The position numbers and the translations under genes were made by a program. From IMG/VR virus record IMGVR_UViG_3300042879_006196, positions 124,001 to 188,000 of that record: a stretch of 64,000 nt of DNA. One strand, given 5' to 3'. The notes below the pieces were generated by a model. It had not been told where the DNA came from and ran no database searches. It saw only the letters and a list, made by a program, of their open reading frames with translations. This document shows positions 40,301 to 48,308 of the stretch, piece after piece. Every line of letters starts with the position of its first letter. Position 1 is the first letter of the stretch.

Positions 40301-42064
40301 ATATAAAATTTTATTTAAATAATTTTGATTGTTGTATCCGAATTTCAAATTTAATGTGTAATCCAGTGCTAATCCTTGCCCTTGACTGTAAGGATCAATT
40401 CCATTGCAAACTAAGCTAATTGGTTTATAGATTTCGAAAGCAGTGTCGGAGGGTAAATTATAATCGTTATATAAGGTTAATCTACCCTGATCAAAAATCA
40501 AAAACTCTTTACTTGAGACTATATGCACCGCTTCATAAATGGATTTTTCTTCATATTCAGAAAAATTCAATGGTGGAGTGTCAGTGGTTCCATAAGGTTG
40601 TGTGAAATTTTTCAAGGTGTTCCTTGAAATTATTAAATTTTCGCCAGCAAAGTATTCATCGACATTATTGAAATTTACTCCAAAAAACAAATCAGCTATA
40701 AAATTATCTAAAGTGTTTAGATATAATGATTTCAATTCATTTAATGCTAAAGAATAATTCTTTGCTGCTGGTAAATATTCAGCAAAAGCTATCCACAAAT
40801 TTTCATCTGGAATTACTTTAACAAAAGCTGAAGGCACAATTTGTGTATTGTAAACAATGCTGTAATCATTTTGTAAATTTATTTTTTTAGGATTTTTTTC
40901 AAAAATAAAAATATTAGCTGGAACATTTCTGTTATATAATTTTTCTAAACTTTTAATATTTAAAGAACTAGCAAAATTTGATTCAAAAAGATTTTTCAAA
41001 TCATAGCTTGCATTTGCTGAAGTATTTTGTTTTGTACCCGATGTAATAAAATCTCCATAAAAATACACATAATTTTGATTTGAACTTAATATATTATTGA
41101 AGTTAACATTTTCATAAGCAAAATATCTTGTTGGCTGGCTTTGTTCTGAAAATACTCCATCAATTAGAGTTTCATTTATTCTGTCTGGAGCCCATAAATA
41201 TGGATCACTTTCAACAAAACACTGTGTTGTGAACCCGATAGAATATGGGGTAGTATTTGACCAAAAATTCTTTCTGCCTGAAATTGAAGTGATATTTGTT
41301 TGAATTGAAGATGTTGTTAAAATACCTAATTTATTTATGAAATTTTGAGTACCAACATATTTAATTGATGAGTTGGTGTTTGAATTTGTGGAAATAAAAC
41401 TTGAATCATTATTTCCCCAATAAAAAGTTAGATTGTAATTAGATATTGAAGAATTAATATAGTTTAGTTTTATGAGTAAATTTGTTTGTGGCTGAGCATA
41501 AGACCATGCATAATCAAATCTTATCAAATTAGAATTTACATACCCACTAGAAATATTAAAATTATCATTGCCATATACTGCAAAGTCTATTGGAGCATCA
41601 AAGAGATGAGAATTAAATTGATTTCCAGATAAATCAAAACTTGAATAAGGAATGGATATTACAGAAGTTTTATTTATACCCACTGCACTAAATGAGTAAA
41701 TTTCTCCAGACAAAAAAGTACTGCTAAAGCCAAAATTGTAATTTAAGATTGTGGTTGAAATATGTGTACATAAATTAAATGAAGGATAATTTTCAGTGTT
41801 TGTTAATCCTATTTTGACATTTTGCAGGCTTTGAAGCAAATAGTCTGTTTGGTTAGATTGTATCTCTGATTGATACGGTGCAAGAATAGAAGCCAAATCA
41901 TAATTTTCTGTTACCGTGGATCCTATTATTTCCGAAGCTGATTCAAAAAAATGAGCACTTACACCAATATTTTTATTCATGTCACCAATTGTTTCATCCA
42001 ACACTTGATAAGTGATTGCATTAGAGTGAACAATATTTGTGAAGAATTTTTGTATCGTTGTCAT
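37340..42064 (-). CDS. Large putative tail/baseplate protein with a PA14-like C-terminal segment
   Basis: 1574 aa, S/T/N/I-rich; C-terminal GIFEGTFQP...SAGVQLYINN...LID...VYFKVYYF...QVNW. Confidence 0.55.
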   Translation of the reverse strand: MTTIQKFFTNIVHSNAITYQVLDETIGDMNKNIGVSAHFFESASEIIGSTVTENYDLASILAPYQSEIQSNQTDYLLQSLQNVKIGLTNTENYPSFNLCTHISTTILNYNFGFSSTFLSGEIYSFSAVGINKTSVISIPYSSFDLSGNQFNSHLFDAPIDFAVYGNDNFNISSGYVNSNLIRFDYAWSYAQPQTNLLIKLNYINSSISNYNLTFYWGNNDSSFISTNSNTNSSIKYVGTQNFINKLGILTTSSIQTNITSISGRKNFWSNTTPYSIGFTTQCFVESDPYLWAPDRINETLIDGVFSEQSQPTRYFAYENVNFNNILSSNQNYVYFYGDFITSGTKQNTSANASYDLKNLFESNFASSLNIKSLEKLYNRNVPANIFIFEKNPKKINLQNDYSIVYNTQIVPSAFVKVIPDENLWIAFAEYLPAAKNYSLALNELKSLYLNTLDNFIADLFFGVNFNNVDEYFAGENLIISRNTLKNFTQPYGTTDTPPLNFSEYEEKSIYEAVHIVSSKEFLIFDQGRLTLYNDYNLPSDTAFEIYKPISLVCNGIDPYSQGQGLALDYTLNLKFGYNNQNYLNKILYLMASKYLISESDYNNRIFNNQDTIGYYYLANPDSTDYSDYSVSSINEFRLYGYSGLIPNLKDGSVVPILTKSFSPKDSTKYTYEEFIDYLRSQGITNSDDINEAIQDYLDAGNSFYTINLDKFSNNFNALTSISICAANYVVNQPKYWNEGFDEKFLEPAQIDDTGFTNLTANILSGIATAFVGSPPYTISNIPVGYNCRLKSVTVNSFGSSQIPGGYTAWFLPPDNQKSDEQPAQIEFSILSSGILDPSSIKILNPGSNFYFGFSTFLNVGFTSTGIGTSSASITLVMDNVSEFSATVNTSKIITSFTQTKPPAIGYNAGFKFNPRALVGLGYTSFADIDIKINNAPTIDSFLIAPLNLQPGDLENINNFSTPNTNLSNLNYTAGSQTYLLYEDEIFNSITVPYSFGNKQISFVTISCKLIELNGKNPSGDIQFKIYALEDNIKTEVASSDRISITEISRNSYSDLNIPIYFNFANTLVSLSQSVYYVSIKQNLTNCFLSIKGSFTGISTSDYSILSSDIYNDPNYFIIAGGISTNGYDLDIAKAPINLSNIFGSDLLISDTIGANINLRKNSEYEGANNLSLKISTTYNSETGIIFSNLVNVASLSSTFTGVAFTFNSTLYSGTIINSASLISANPLFINQAFASRSLSQYDGVLLGMSTLSQIGLSNTSVNFNFVFNKLFNQVSPDIYGAFNYTDKSQFGLAKPNRLRESDPVNVVDGYWSYKSDLVNQPLSIYPRAFLNNTSVIGTSLPVYQYLGYSHDIYVNIGYNSNGIYNQETITLNAYPKWKVTWMDRTTSNYKNFSIFNVIQQSYVDSINYLQGSANTIIGISTGVKSGIFEGTFQPSGNLASTVPVSITIGTSAGVQLYINNNSQPLIDTFSTISTGIIVSSSSLSVSERSLPVYFKVYYFSLSTSMIQVNWNVGAGNTLINYNSISSGITPNPVSLNSGAPIDNIVFFNVSKTLEDAESVNSGYPPGDSFVIRSS

Positions 42065-43095
42065 TACACTGCATTTACGTTAACATTATTTGGTCCAAAT
42101 TGATCTACACTTATAATTTCCTTCGCCTTCAAGGTAAATTCTGCAGAATGAAGAAAAGCCGCGCTCATTCCATCGTTTGATGGTTTTATGTCGCCCACTT
42201 GTATATCTTGTAAAAATCTCATCAAATCTGCCTTATTGGTTGAAATAGAATTTAAGTTGGTATTCCATTTTGAATTAGATGTAATTGTTGATGGCTTGAT
42301 GCCAGACTCCCAATCAGAAATGAATGCTTGCACTGCTTGATATGCCACGCCTGCCCAATCATAGTAAGGTGGACTTCCTGAGGCGTGTGTTTCTAGCCAA
42401 AAATTGTTTATGTTTGTGATAATGTTATTAACATAACTATTTAAAACTGTTGTCGCAGCACCTACATGTCCAGAGCCTCCAGAAATAGTTAATGTACCTG
42501 AAGAATATGGATTAGAAAAAGTGGTGGCTGAAATGCCAATGCCTGAAGACAATATTTCCGCAACATTAACATTGCCTGATATTCCTTTAGAAAGTCTTAT
42601 GTAGGCGTTTGGATTACTAAAACCTGATCCTGACACGCTGAAGATAAATCCTGTAGTTAAACCTGCTGGTAAGCTTGCGCTTGTGATACCAACATTTGTT
42701 ATTACACCTGTGTCAATGTAGTGAATTGGGCTCAAAGGTAGTTTTCCGCAAAATGGACATAAATCACAAACCCACATACTTCTGTGATTTTTCAAAATAT
42801 TATGGGCTACTCTGGCAGCTTCTAAAACCACTCTTTCAGAAGTTTCTTTATCATCATTTGAAGAATAAATTGTAACCCCGATTGTATATTCTATTTCTCT
42901 TAAACCAAAGCCAATATCTTTTAAATTACTTGAAGTGTTTCTTAGCACAACACCTAGAGGGGAAGGTAAAATTTGCCTGTCTCCAAAAAACCATTGCTCA
43001 ATTACTCGATCATAAATTTCTGGATATCCTTGGGAATTTTTAGGAAAATCAGTGTACAAAATTGCCTTTATTGTATCATAGATTTTTTCTACCAT
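42064..43095 (-). CDS. Putative tail completion/terminator-like protein with insertion
   Basis: Directly downstream of the gp36-like adaptor; beta-strand N- and C-termini flank a S/G/T-rich insert. Confidence 0.4.
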   Translation of the reverse strand: MVEKIYDTIKAILYTDFPKNSQGYPEIYDRVIEQWFFGDRQILPSPLGVVLRNTSSNLKDIGFGLREIEYTIGVTIYSSNDDKETSERVVLEAARVAHNILKNHRSMWVCDLCPFCGKLPLSPIHYIDTGVITNVGITSASLPAGLTTGFIFSVSGSGFSNPNAYIRLSKGISGNVNVAEILSSGIGISATTFSNPYSSGTLTISGGSGHVGAATTVLNSYVNNIITNINNFWLETHASGSPPYYDWAGVAYQAVQAFISDWESGIKPSTITSNSKWNTNLNSISTNKADLMRFLQDIQVGDIKPSNDGMSAAFLHSAEFTLKAKEIISVDQFGPNNVNVNAV

Positions 43096-43098
43096 TTA

Positions 43099-43590
43099 TT
43101 ATGAACCACCCTTGCTTCTGCCACCCTCTGCAGGATTTCTAGGTACTCCTTGAAGAGGTGATCTAACAAATCTACTCCCCCTTGTATTTCTGTTACCATA
43201 AATCCTTAATTCACCATTTTGCAACTTGTAAAGTTGCTCGTATGCCCATTTCACACGATCTTTTATTGCATCAGACATTTGCCTATCAGCGCCTTGTAAT
43301 TTTTGTTCAAAAATTCTAGATGCAGCTAAAATGGCGACAATTTCCAAAATTGGCTTAGGATAATTTATTTCACCATCAAAATTTACTTTTTTCAAAGGAA
43401 CATCGTATTGAGTAGCCAAAGAGCCATCAACTTCATCAGAAGCTTGTTCAATAAAATAATCTAAATCAATATTAAATACAGATTCTGGGGTTGGATTCCT
43501 ATAGCTAGGCGATGGATTGTCTCCTTCAACGACAATGTTAGGTGGTAAGTATTTCTTTACGTCTTCTTTTGAACAATATAATCTAGCCAT
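43099..43590 (-). CDS. Head-tail adaptor, Mu gp36/DUF1320-like
   Basis: LYCSKEDV...IEQASDEVDGSLATQYDVPL...AYEQLYKLQNGE. Confidence 0.7.
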   Translation of the reverse strand: MARLYCSKEDVKKYLPPNIVVEGDNPSPSYRNPTPESVFNIDLDYFIEQASDEVDGSLATQYDVPLKKVNFDGEINYPKPILEIVAILAASRIFEQKLQGADRQMSDAIKDRVKWAYEQLYKLQNGELRIYGNRNTRGSRFVRSPLQGVPRNPAEGGRSKGGS

Positions 43591-44257
43591 TTGGTTGCCC
43601 CTCTATTTTTTCTAAGTATTTTGGCACATAATCAGCGCCCTCATCTTCTCCAATTAAACCAAAACTATTTAAAGTTTTTCTGGATATTTCTGTATACACT
43701 GGGATATCTTCTAACTCAGATCCCGATCTTGCTGCTGATGAAATTACTCTTGGATAATCAATATCTAAATCTTTGAACGCTTTAGAATGAGCATTGTATA
43801 TTTCAACAAAATCTGGTTCATAAGGTGTGCTTTGCCAATTTGATATTTCTCTGGCTAAGCTTTTTGATAAATCATACAATAAAACTTTACCTTGTTGTTT
43901 CTTGCATAATTGAATAGCTTGTTGTATTGGTAAGCCTGGTTTGATATTTTGTGTAATATTGTAAAATACAGCTTTGACACCATCAGAGCTCAAGTAATCT
44001 TGTCCTGGAATTACTTTAAGATCAATTCCAGATTGTTCAGCTTGCTTTTTTGCTATGTATCCAGGTTGCACTCCAAATCTGGACACAATTCCAATTACAT
44101 CTAACCCCTTGACTATTGCCGAAGACAAAATAGATTTAATTTTTGATTCGATCTCTGATTGGTTTTGCGCTTCCAGCTCTTCACCAAGATAGACACGAAG
44201 ATCCATCCTCAAATTGTGTTTTCTTAAAGCTGTTTTTAAAAATACGGAATACCACAC
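43583..44257 (-). CDS. PHP-domain-like protein, apparently lacking metal ligands
   Basis: MDLRVY...AIVKGLDVIGIVSR...LKVIPGQD...DFVEIYNAH...SAAR follows PHP topology with His substitutions. Confidence 0.6.
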   Translation of the reverse strand: MWYSVFLKTALRKHNLRMDLRVYLGEELEAQNQSEIESKIKSILSSAIVKGLDVIGIVSRFGVQPGYIAKKQAEQSGIDLKVIPGQDYLSSDGVKAVFYNITQNIKPGLPIQQAIQLCKKQQGKVLLYDLSKSLAREISNWQSTPYEPDFVEIYNAHSKAFKDLDIDYPRVISSAARSGSELEDIPVYTEISRKTLNSFGLIGEDEGADYVPKYLEKIEGQPNG

Positions 44258-44291
44258 ACAATCTATTTAAAGAAAAATGACCTATTAGCCT

Positions 44292-44966
44292 TCAAATTCT
44301 TTTATTACCGCAGCCGCCACAGAAGTTATCAGTAGTTAAGTATTTGCTTCCGCATGAACGACAAAATGAGTCTTTTGCTGAAGGGGGGGCGGTGATGAGG
44401 GGGTTTTTCCAAGGCATTGCTATAGGATGACTAGAAGATGGTTGTCCTGGCTCGAATATATTTTCTGTTACTATATTTTCTCTTTTTTTATAAGGATTTA
44501 TTTCAGGCTCAATTACTCTTTGGGGTAATCTATTTCCATTTTCATCAAATCTTAAAGCTAAATTAACCATTGCTGATCTGTAACCTAAATGTTGATTCAA
44601 ATTTTTAATCACTTCTTCTTCTGATAGATCATCAAGCATATCTGTGCTCCAATCTGGAACTTCATCTAAATCAACTGTGTCTTCAGCGTCACATTCTAAT
44701 GAAATATGTCCAATGAATTGATTTTCAGTTTCTTCAGTTTGTTCTGGCAATATCCCTAAAGAAATACCCAGCTTCTCTAGATTTTCGTTAAATAATGATG
44801 AAGAGTTAACTGAAACCCTACCAGGTCCTATTATATTACCTGTAATTTTAGCCTTAGGTTCAATTGAACTATCGCTTGTACCAGTGATGCCACTTGATCC
44901 TTTTTTATATTCGCCTATCTTATCTTTAGAAAAAGAGATTCTTGTTTCTTTTGTATTGTCATTCAT
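44292..44966 (-). CDS. Hypothetical with C-terminal zinc ribbon
   Basis: FCRSCG...FCGGCG. Confidence 0.65.
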   Translation of the reverse strand: MNDNTKETRISFSKDKIGEYKKGSSGITGTSDSSIEPKAKITGNIIGPGRVSVNSSSLFNENLEKLGISLGILPEQTEETENQFIGHISLECDAEDTVDLDEVPDWSTDMLDDLSEEEVIKNLNQHLGYRSAMVNLALRFDENGNRLPQRVIEPEINPYKKRENIVTENIFEPGQPSSSHPIAMPWKNPLITAPPSAKDSFCRSCGSKYLTTDNFCGGCGNKRI

Positions 44967-44967
44967 A

Positions 44968-45300
44968 TTAAGATTGTGTAAATTGATAGCCCTTCAGTTC
45001 TAATTCTTGATTTGAATCATCCATCTGCTTTAATGTCGGCAAAAGAGTGTTCATTATTTCTAACTCACCCCACTCTGGTGGAACTGCAACTGTAAAAGTG
45101 ACTTTATGAACTTTTTTTTCAGGTGTCTGAGTGGATGGTGTTGCAAAATTCTTAATGTTTGGGTTGAGGTTTAAATTTTGTTCAGTTCCAGTATTTACAG
45201 AAGTAGATAGCTCTTGTGCTATTTTTATCAATTCCTCAGATAACAAAGGCTCAGTATTTCTGATCAAAGATGCAGCTTTAAATAATTTTTCAAAGTTCAT
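44968..45300 (-). CDS. Hypothetical, putative head protein
   Basis: N-terminus ...LSEELIKIAQ. Confidence 0.5.
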   Translation of the reverse strand: MNFEKLFKAASLIRNTEPLLSEELIKIAQELSTSVNTGTEQNLNLNPNIKNFATPSTQTPEKKVHKVTFTVAVPPEWGELEIMNTLLPTLKQMDDSNQELELKGYQFTQS

Positions 45301-45526
45301 ATTACTATTTTACAAAAAACTTCCAAAAAACCTTAAAAAAAATGACCTTTACTGTGTAGGAAAAGTATATATAATTAATACTAATTAAAAACTAAATTAG
45401 AACTAAGGTTTTTTTTTAAATTTATGTATAATGTTAATGAGAATGCCGTCAATTCAAGGAAAAGGGCGTAAATATTCTCACACAATCTGCAAGGGTTTTA
45501 AATTTATATTTTAGAAAAAAATTAGT

Positions 45527-45727
45527 ATGAAGAGTGCTTACAAGAAAATTAAAAATATAATTGACGATACTTGTCACATATCTTTGAATGAAGATCATGG
45601 AGATTGTGATGATAAAATATCAAAATTTTTAATTGAAGAAGCAAAACTTCAGTGTATTATTAAAGTTTTAATTGAACACAATTATATTGATTCAAATCAT
45701 AGAACTTTTCCTGAATACACATCATAA
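45527..45727 (+). CDS. Hypothetical protein
   Basis: 66-aa ORF directly upstream of the RNase gene. Confidence 0.45.
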   Translation: MKSAYKKIKNIIDDTCHISLNEDHGDCDDKISKFLIEEAKLQCIIKVLIEHNYIDSNHRTFPEYTS

Positions 45728-45735
45728 GGAAAAAA

Positions 45736-46158
45736 ATGAATAAAAACATATCTACAAAAATTGTATCAGCTCTTTCGATCTTTGCTCTGGCAACCACTTC
45801 TTTTGCACAATCTACTTTCGGGAGACCTCACATTAATTCAGTGACTGGTAGAGTTAATGTTTTACCAAATGTAAGAGTTATTGATTTTGGAAGACTCATT
45901 TATCAAGGAAGAATGGACGTAAATTCTACTATTGATAGAATCAGATTGGGTAGAAAGCTAAATCATAAAAATGACGGATCATTTTTTTCAAATTTTCAAC
46001 GAAGACTTCCAGCAAGCCCAGACACACAATACTACAGAGAGTTTGTTCATCAAATGAATGGTTTTCCTTTTCCTGGACCACAAAGAGTGGTAATTGGCAA
46101 AAGAGGAGAAGTGTGGTATACAGGTGATCATTACAGTTCTTTTTTCAAAGTAAGATAA
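45736..46158 (+). CDS. Secreted guanyl-specific ribonuclease (barnase/RNase Sa, N1/T1 family)
   Basis: Signal peptide ending SFA/QS; DGSFFSNFQRRLP...YYREF...GPQRVVIG...VWYTGDHYSSF with catalytic E, R and H positions. Confidence 0.88.
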   Translation: MNKNISTKIVSALSIFALATTSFAQSTFGRPHINSVTGRVNVLPNVRVIDFGRLIYQGRMDVNSTIDRIRLGRKLNHKNDGSFFSNFQRRLPASPDTQYYREFVHQMNGFPFPGPQRVVIGKRGEVWYTGDHYSSFFKVR

Positions 46159-46177
46159 GATTGTGTATAATTAATAC

Positions 46178-47197
46178 ATGAGTAAGATTGAATCCGACAA
46201 AGAAAAAAAACAATCTATAAAACCTATTGCTAAAAAAACTGATTTTAATGGTGATAAAATAACACATTCTGAAACCGAAAAAACCAGAGGTGTTGTTGTA
46301 TTTTTATCATCTGACTTAAGTGGTGCACCAGAAGTAATAGATGTTCACGACGGTACAGTAGATTTGGATGCTACCAACTCTCTAAAGAATGACACCGAAT
46401 CAGAAAACTTGGTATTACAAAGCTTATATTTTGATTCAATTTCGCCTGAAATCAATTGTAAACAACAAAAAATGTATCTAAAAGGCTCAGGTTTAAATTC
46501 AAAATTACCTGAGATTAAATGCAAAACAACACTCAGGGAGCGAATAGAAGATAAAAAAAACTCAATGCTGTCTAGAACTATTTTTTTGATAAATTTGTTC
46601 TTTTTGAAGAAAAAGTACACAAATTTCTTTACAAATATTTATTCAGAAATAATACCAGAAGATGTTTTCCAAGCAAAGGTTTTGAATTTGACTAAGTTCA
46701 ATCGCAATAGATTGATGAAAAAGTATGGTATCAGTGAAGATGAGCTCAATTTTATTGCTTTTGCAAGATTCTCGTACCCATTTATAACTAGAGGTGAAAA
46801 AGAATGGAGCAAAATCGAAAAAAATGCTGATGCGTTCATTGCAAGAAAATGGATAACAGAAGACATTAAAGGTAATTTCAAAATAAATGTTAGCAAAGTT
46901 TATACATTCAGGGAAAAAATTATTTTTCCTAATCAATTTAAAGACATTGTTATCAAAAAAGCTTTTAATTGGAAAATCTTAAATAAGATTCTGAGAAAAG
47001 TTGAAAGAAGTGCAAAAACTCAAGTGCACGTTTATACTATTTCTCAAATTAGCAAACTTCCTTTTACCCAATTTGGAAATAGTAATATTGCCACTCATCC
47101 TCCTATTAGTAAAAATGATGAACAAATAAGTAGTTTGATCAAGAAAAAACCAATTGAAGCAATGAGTAGCATTAATAAAAAAAATTTTTTAAAATAA
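46178..47197 (+). CDS. Hypothetical basic protein
   Basis: 339-aa ORF preceded by TGTGTATAAT. Confidence 0.55.
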   Translation: MSKIESDKEKKQSIKPIAKKTDFNGDKITHSETEKTRGVVVFLSSDLSGAPEVIDVHDGTVDLDATNSLKNDTESENLVLQSLYFDSISPEINCKQQKMYLKGSGLNSKLPEIKCKTTLRERIEDKKNSMLSRTIFLINLFFLKKKYTNFFTNIYSEIIPEDVFQAKVLNLTKFNRNRLMKKYGISEDELNFIAFARFSYPFITRGEKEWSKIEKNADAFIARKWITEDIKGNFKINVSKVYTFREKIIFPNQFKDIVIKKAFNWKILNKILRKVERSAKTQVHVYTISQISKLPFTQFGNSNIATHPPISKNDEQISSLIKKKPIEAMSSINKKNFLK

Positions 47198-47264
47198 AAT
47201 AAAATAAGAAACTTTTTTAAAGGAAAAACCGTCTAAGATTGTGTAATATAAAAAAGGAACTAAA

Positions 47265-47318
47265 ATGACAAATTCGCTACTCCATTCATATCCAGCCTAC
47301 GCACCCTCATCGGGGTAG
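47265..47318 (+). CDS. Leader peptide of tRNA array 1 (MTNSLLHSYPAYAPSSG)
   Basis: RBS AAGGA; ATG at 47265 to TAG at 47316-47318; codons match the downstream tRNAs (Pro, Tyr, Leu, His, Ala). Confidence 0.8.
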   Translation: MTNSLLHSYPAYAPSSG

Positions 47319-47387
47319 TGGCTCGTTGCGTATTTGACAAGCTACAGAACCCCGAAGGACTCAAATCTTTCGGGGTTTTTTATTTTT
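47294..47387 (+). promoter_or_regulatory. Transcription attenuator 1 (protector/antiterminator/terminator)
   Basis: 1:2 pairs 47294-47306 with 47312-47323; 2:3 pairs TCGGGGT/GTGGCT (47310-47323) with AGCTAC/ACCCCGA (47340-47355); 3:4 is the terminator 47348-47377 plus U-tract. Confidence 0.8.
47348..47387 (+). terminator. Intrinsic terminator upstream of tRNA array 1
   Basis: AACCCCGAAGGA-CTCAAA-TCTTTCGGGGTT followed by a T-rich tract. Confidence 0.88.
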
Positions 47388-47410
47388 GAACATTGACAAT
47401 TTAATAAAAT

Positions 47411-47489
47411 CTATGCGTTGAGGAGTTTGGCTTACCTCGCGTCCCTTGGGAGGACGAGTACGCAGGTTCAAATCCTGCCGCATAGACCA
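47411..47489 (+). tRNA. tRNA-Pro(TGG)
   Basis: Acceptor CTATGCG/CGCATAG; anticodon arm CGTCC-CTTGGGA-GGACG; encoded CCA. Confidence 0.9.
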
Positions 47490-47493
47490 ATTT

Positions 47494-47578
47494 GGGGGCA
47501 TCGCATAGTGGCAATTGCTGGAGACTGTAAATCTCCCCTCGCGAGAGTTCGTAGGTTCGAGTCCTTCTGCCCCCACCA
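47494..47578 (+). tRNA. tRNA-Tyr(GTA)
   Basis: GGAGA-CTGTAAA-TCTCC; long variable arm; CCA. Confidence 0.93.
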
Positions 47579-47585
47579 AAATTTT

Positions 47586-47665
47586 GCCGAAGTGGTGGAA
47601 TGCATACACGCTAGTCTTAGAAACTAGTGCCTTAGGGCATGTGGGTTCAAATCCCACCTTCGGTA
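47586..47665 (+). tRNA. tRNA-Leu(TAG)
   Basis: CTAGT-CTTAGAA-ACTAG; variable arm; ends TCA rather than CCA. Confidence 0.88.
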
Positions 47666-47671
47666 TCAAAT

Positions 47672-47745
47672 AAGCAAGTAGCTCAATTGGTAGAGCCTTT
47701 TGGTTGTGACCCAGAAGCGTGTGAGTTCAAATCTCACCTTGCTGA
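47672..47745 (+). tRNA. tRNA-His(GTG), atypical or degenerate acceptor end
   Basis: TTTGG-TTGTGAC-CCAGA; canonical D and T arms; 1:72 mismatch, no G-1/C73, no CCA. Confidence 0.7.
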
Positions 47746-47754
47746 CTCAGTTTA

Positions 47755-47831
47755 GGGGCTGAAGCTTATTAGGGAAAGCGTCTGATTTGCAATCAGAAGT
47801 CTTGCGGGTTCGAAACCCGTCAGCTCCACCA
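47755..47831 (+). tRNA. tRNA-Ala(TGC)
   Basis: G3:U70 present; TCTGA-TTTGCAA-TCAGA; CCA. Confidence 0.92.
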
Positions 47832-47832
47832 A

Positions 47833-48150
47833 TTACAAATCATAAAATCTCTTTGGAGTGTAAATATATTTCATAGGCTGAACACCTACCTCGTCAGGTT
47901 GAGTTGTAGGTTCTTCAGCTAATTCGCCTAATACCGCTGGTGGCTCAGGAATAGGGGGATTAATTTGTGCTGGTTCGTTAACAACATTATTTTGTTTACG
48001 ATTATATTCTCTTGCCAATTCTTTACAAGTTTCGCAAGCTCTTTCATCAAATTGCCAGATTGTGTTTCCGCCAGGAAGTTGTTCAATGAAGCATCTACAC
48101 CCTTCATGCACAGGAGGTAAGATTTGTTGTTGTGAATATTTATACCACAC
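47833..48150 (-). CDS. Small protein with a PPxHxxCRC motif (minor-head-protein-like); start probably GTG at 48150
   Basis: (M)WYKYSQQQILPPVHEGCRC...CETC; AGG-N18-TGAA motif upstream; separates the two tRNA arrays. Confidence 0.55.
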   Translation of the reverse strand: MWYKYSQQQILPPVHEGCRCFIEQLPGGNTIWQFDERACETCKELAREYNRKQNNVVNEPAQINPPIPEPPAVLGELAEEPTTQPDEVGVQPMKYIYTPKRFYDL

Positions 48151-48239
48151 AATCTGATTTTCAAGAAAAAAAACAAAAAAACCTAATTTTATAGAACAAA
48201 AAGGAGATTGTGTCGTATAATCATAATAAGGAATTAACA

Positions 48240-48308
48240 ATGAAATTAAATTTGCAGGGCAGTATGGTGGGATGTTTTATTTGGTCAACCCAAGGGGGTA
48301 GTGGCTAG
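48240..48308 (+). CDS. Leader peptide of tRNA array 2 (MKLNLQGSMVGCFIWSTQGGSG)
   Basis: TATAAT at 48215-48220; RBS TAAGGA; ATG at 48240 to TAG at 48306-48308; codons match the downstream tRNAs. Confidence 0.82.
   Translation: MKLNLQGSMVGCFIWSTQGGSG

Noticed and set aside
47316-47396. Possible TAG read-through of leader 1, or genome-wide stop-codon recoding
   Set aside because: Long genes are intact under code 11, TAG and TGA end many genes at sensible boundaries, and no suppressor tRNA is present in the window.
48151-48240. N-terminal extension of ORF 47833-48240 to the TTG at 48240
   Set aside because: It overlaps the promoter and RBS of tRNA leader 2; the GTG at 48150 gives a WY-type N-terminus behind a late-promoter-like motif.
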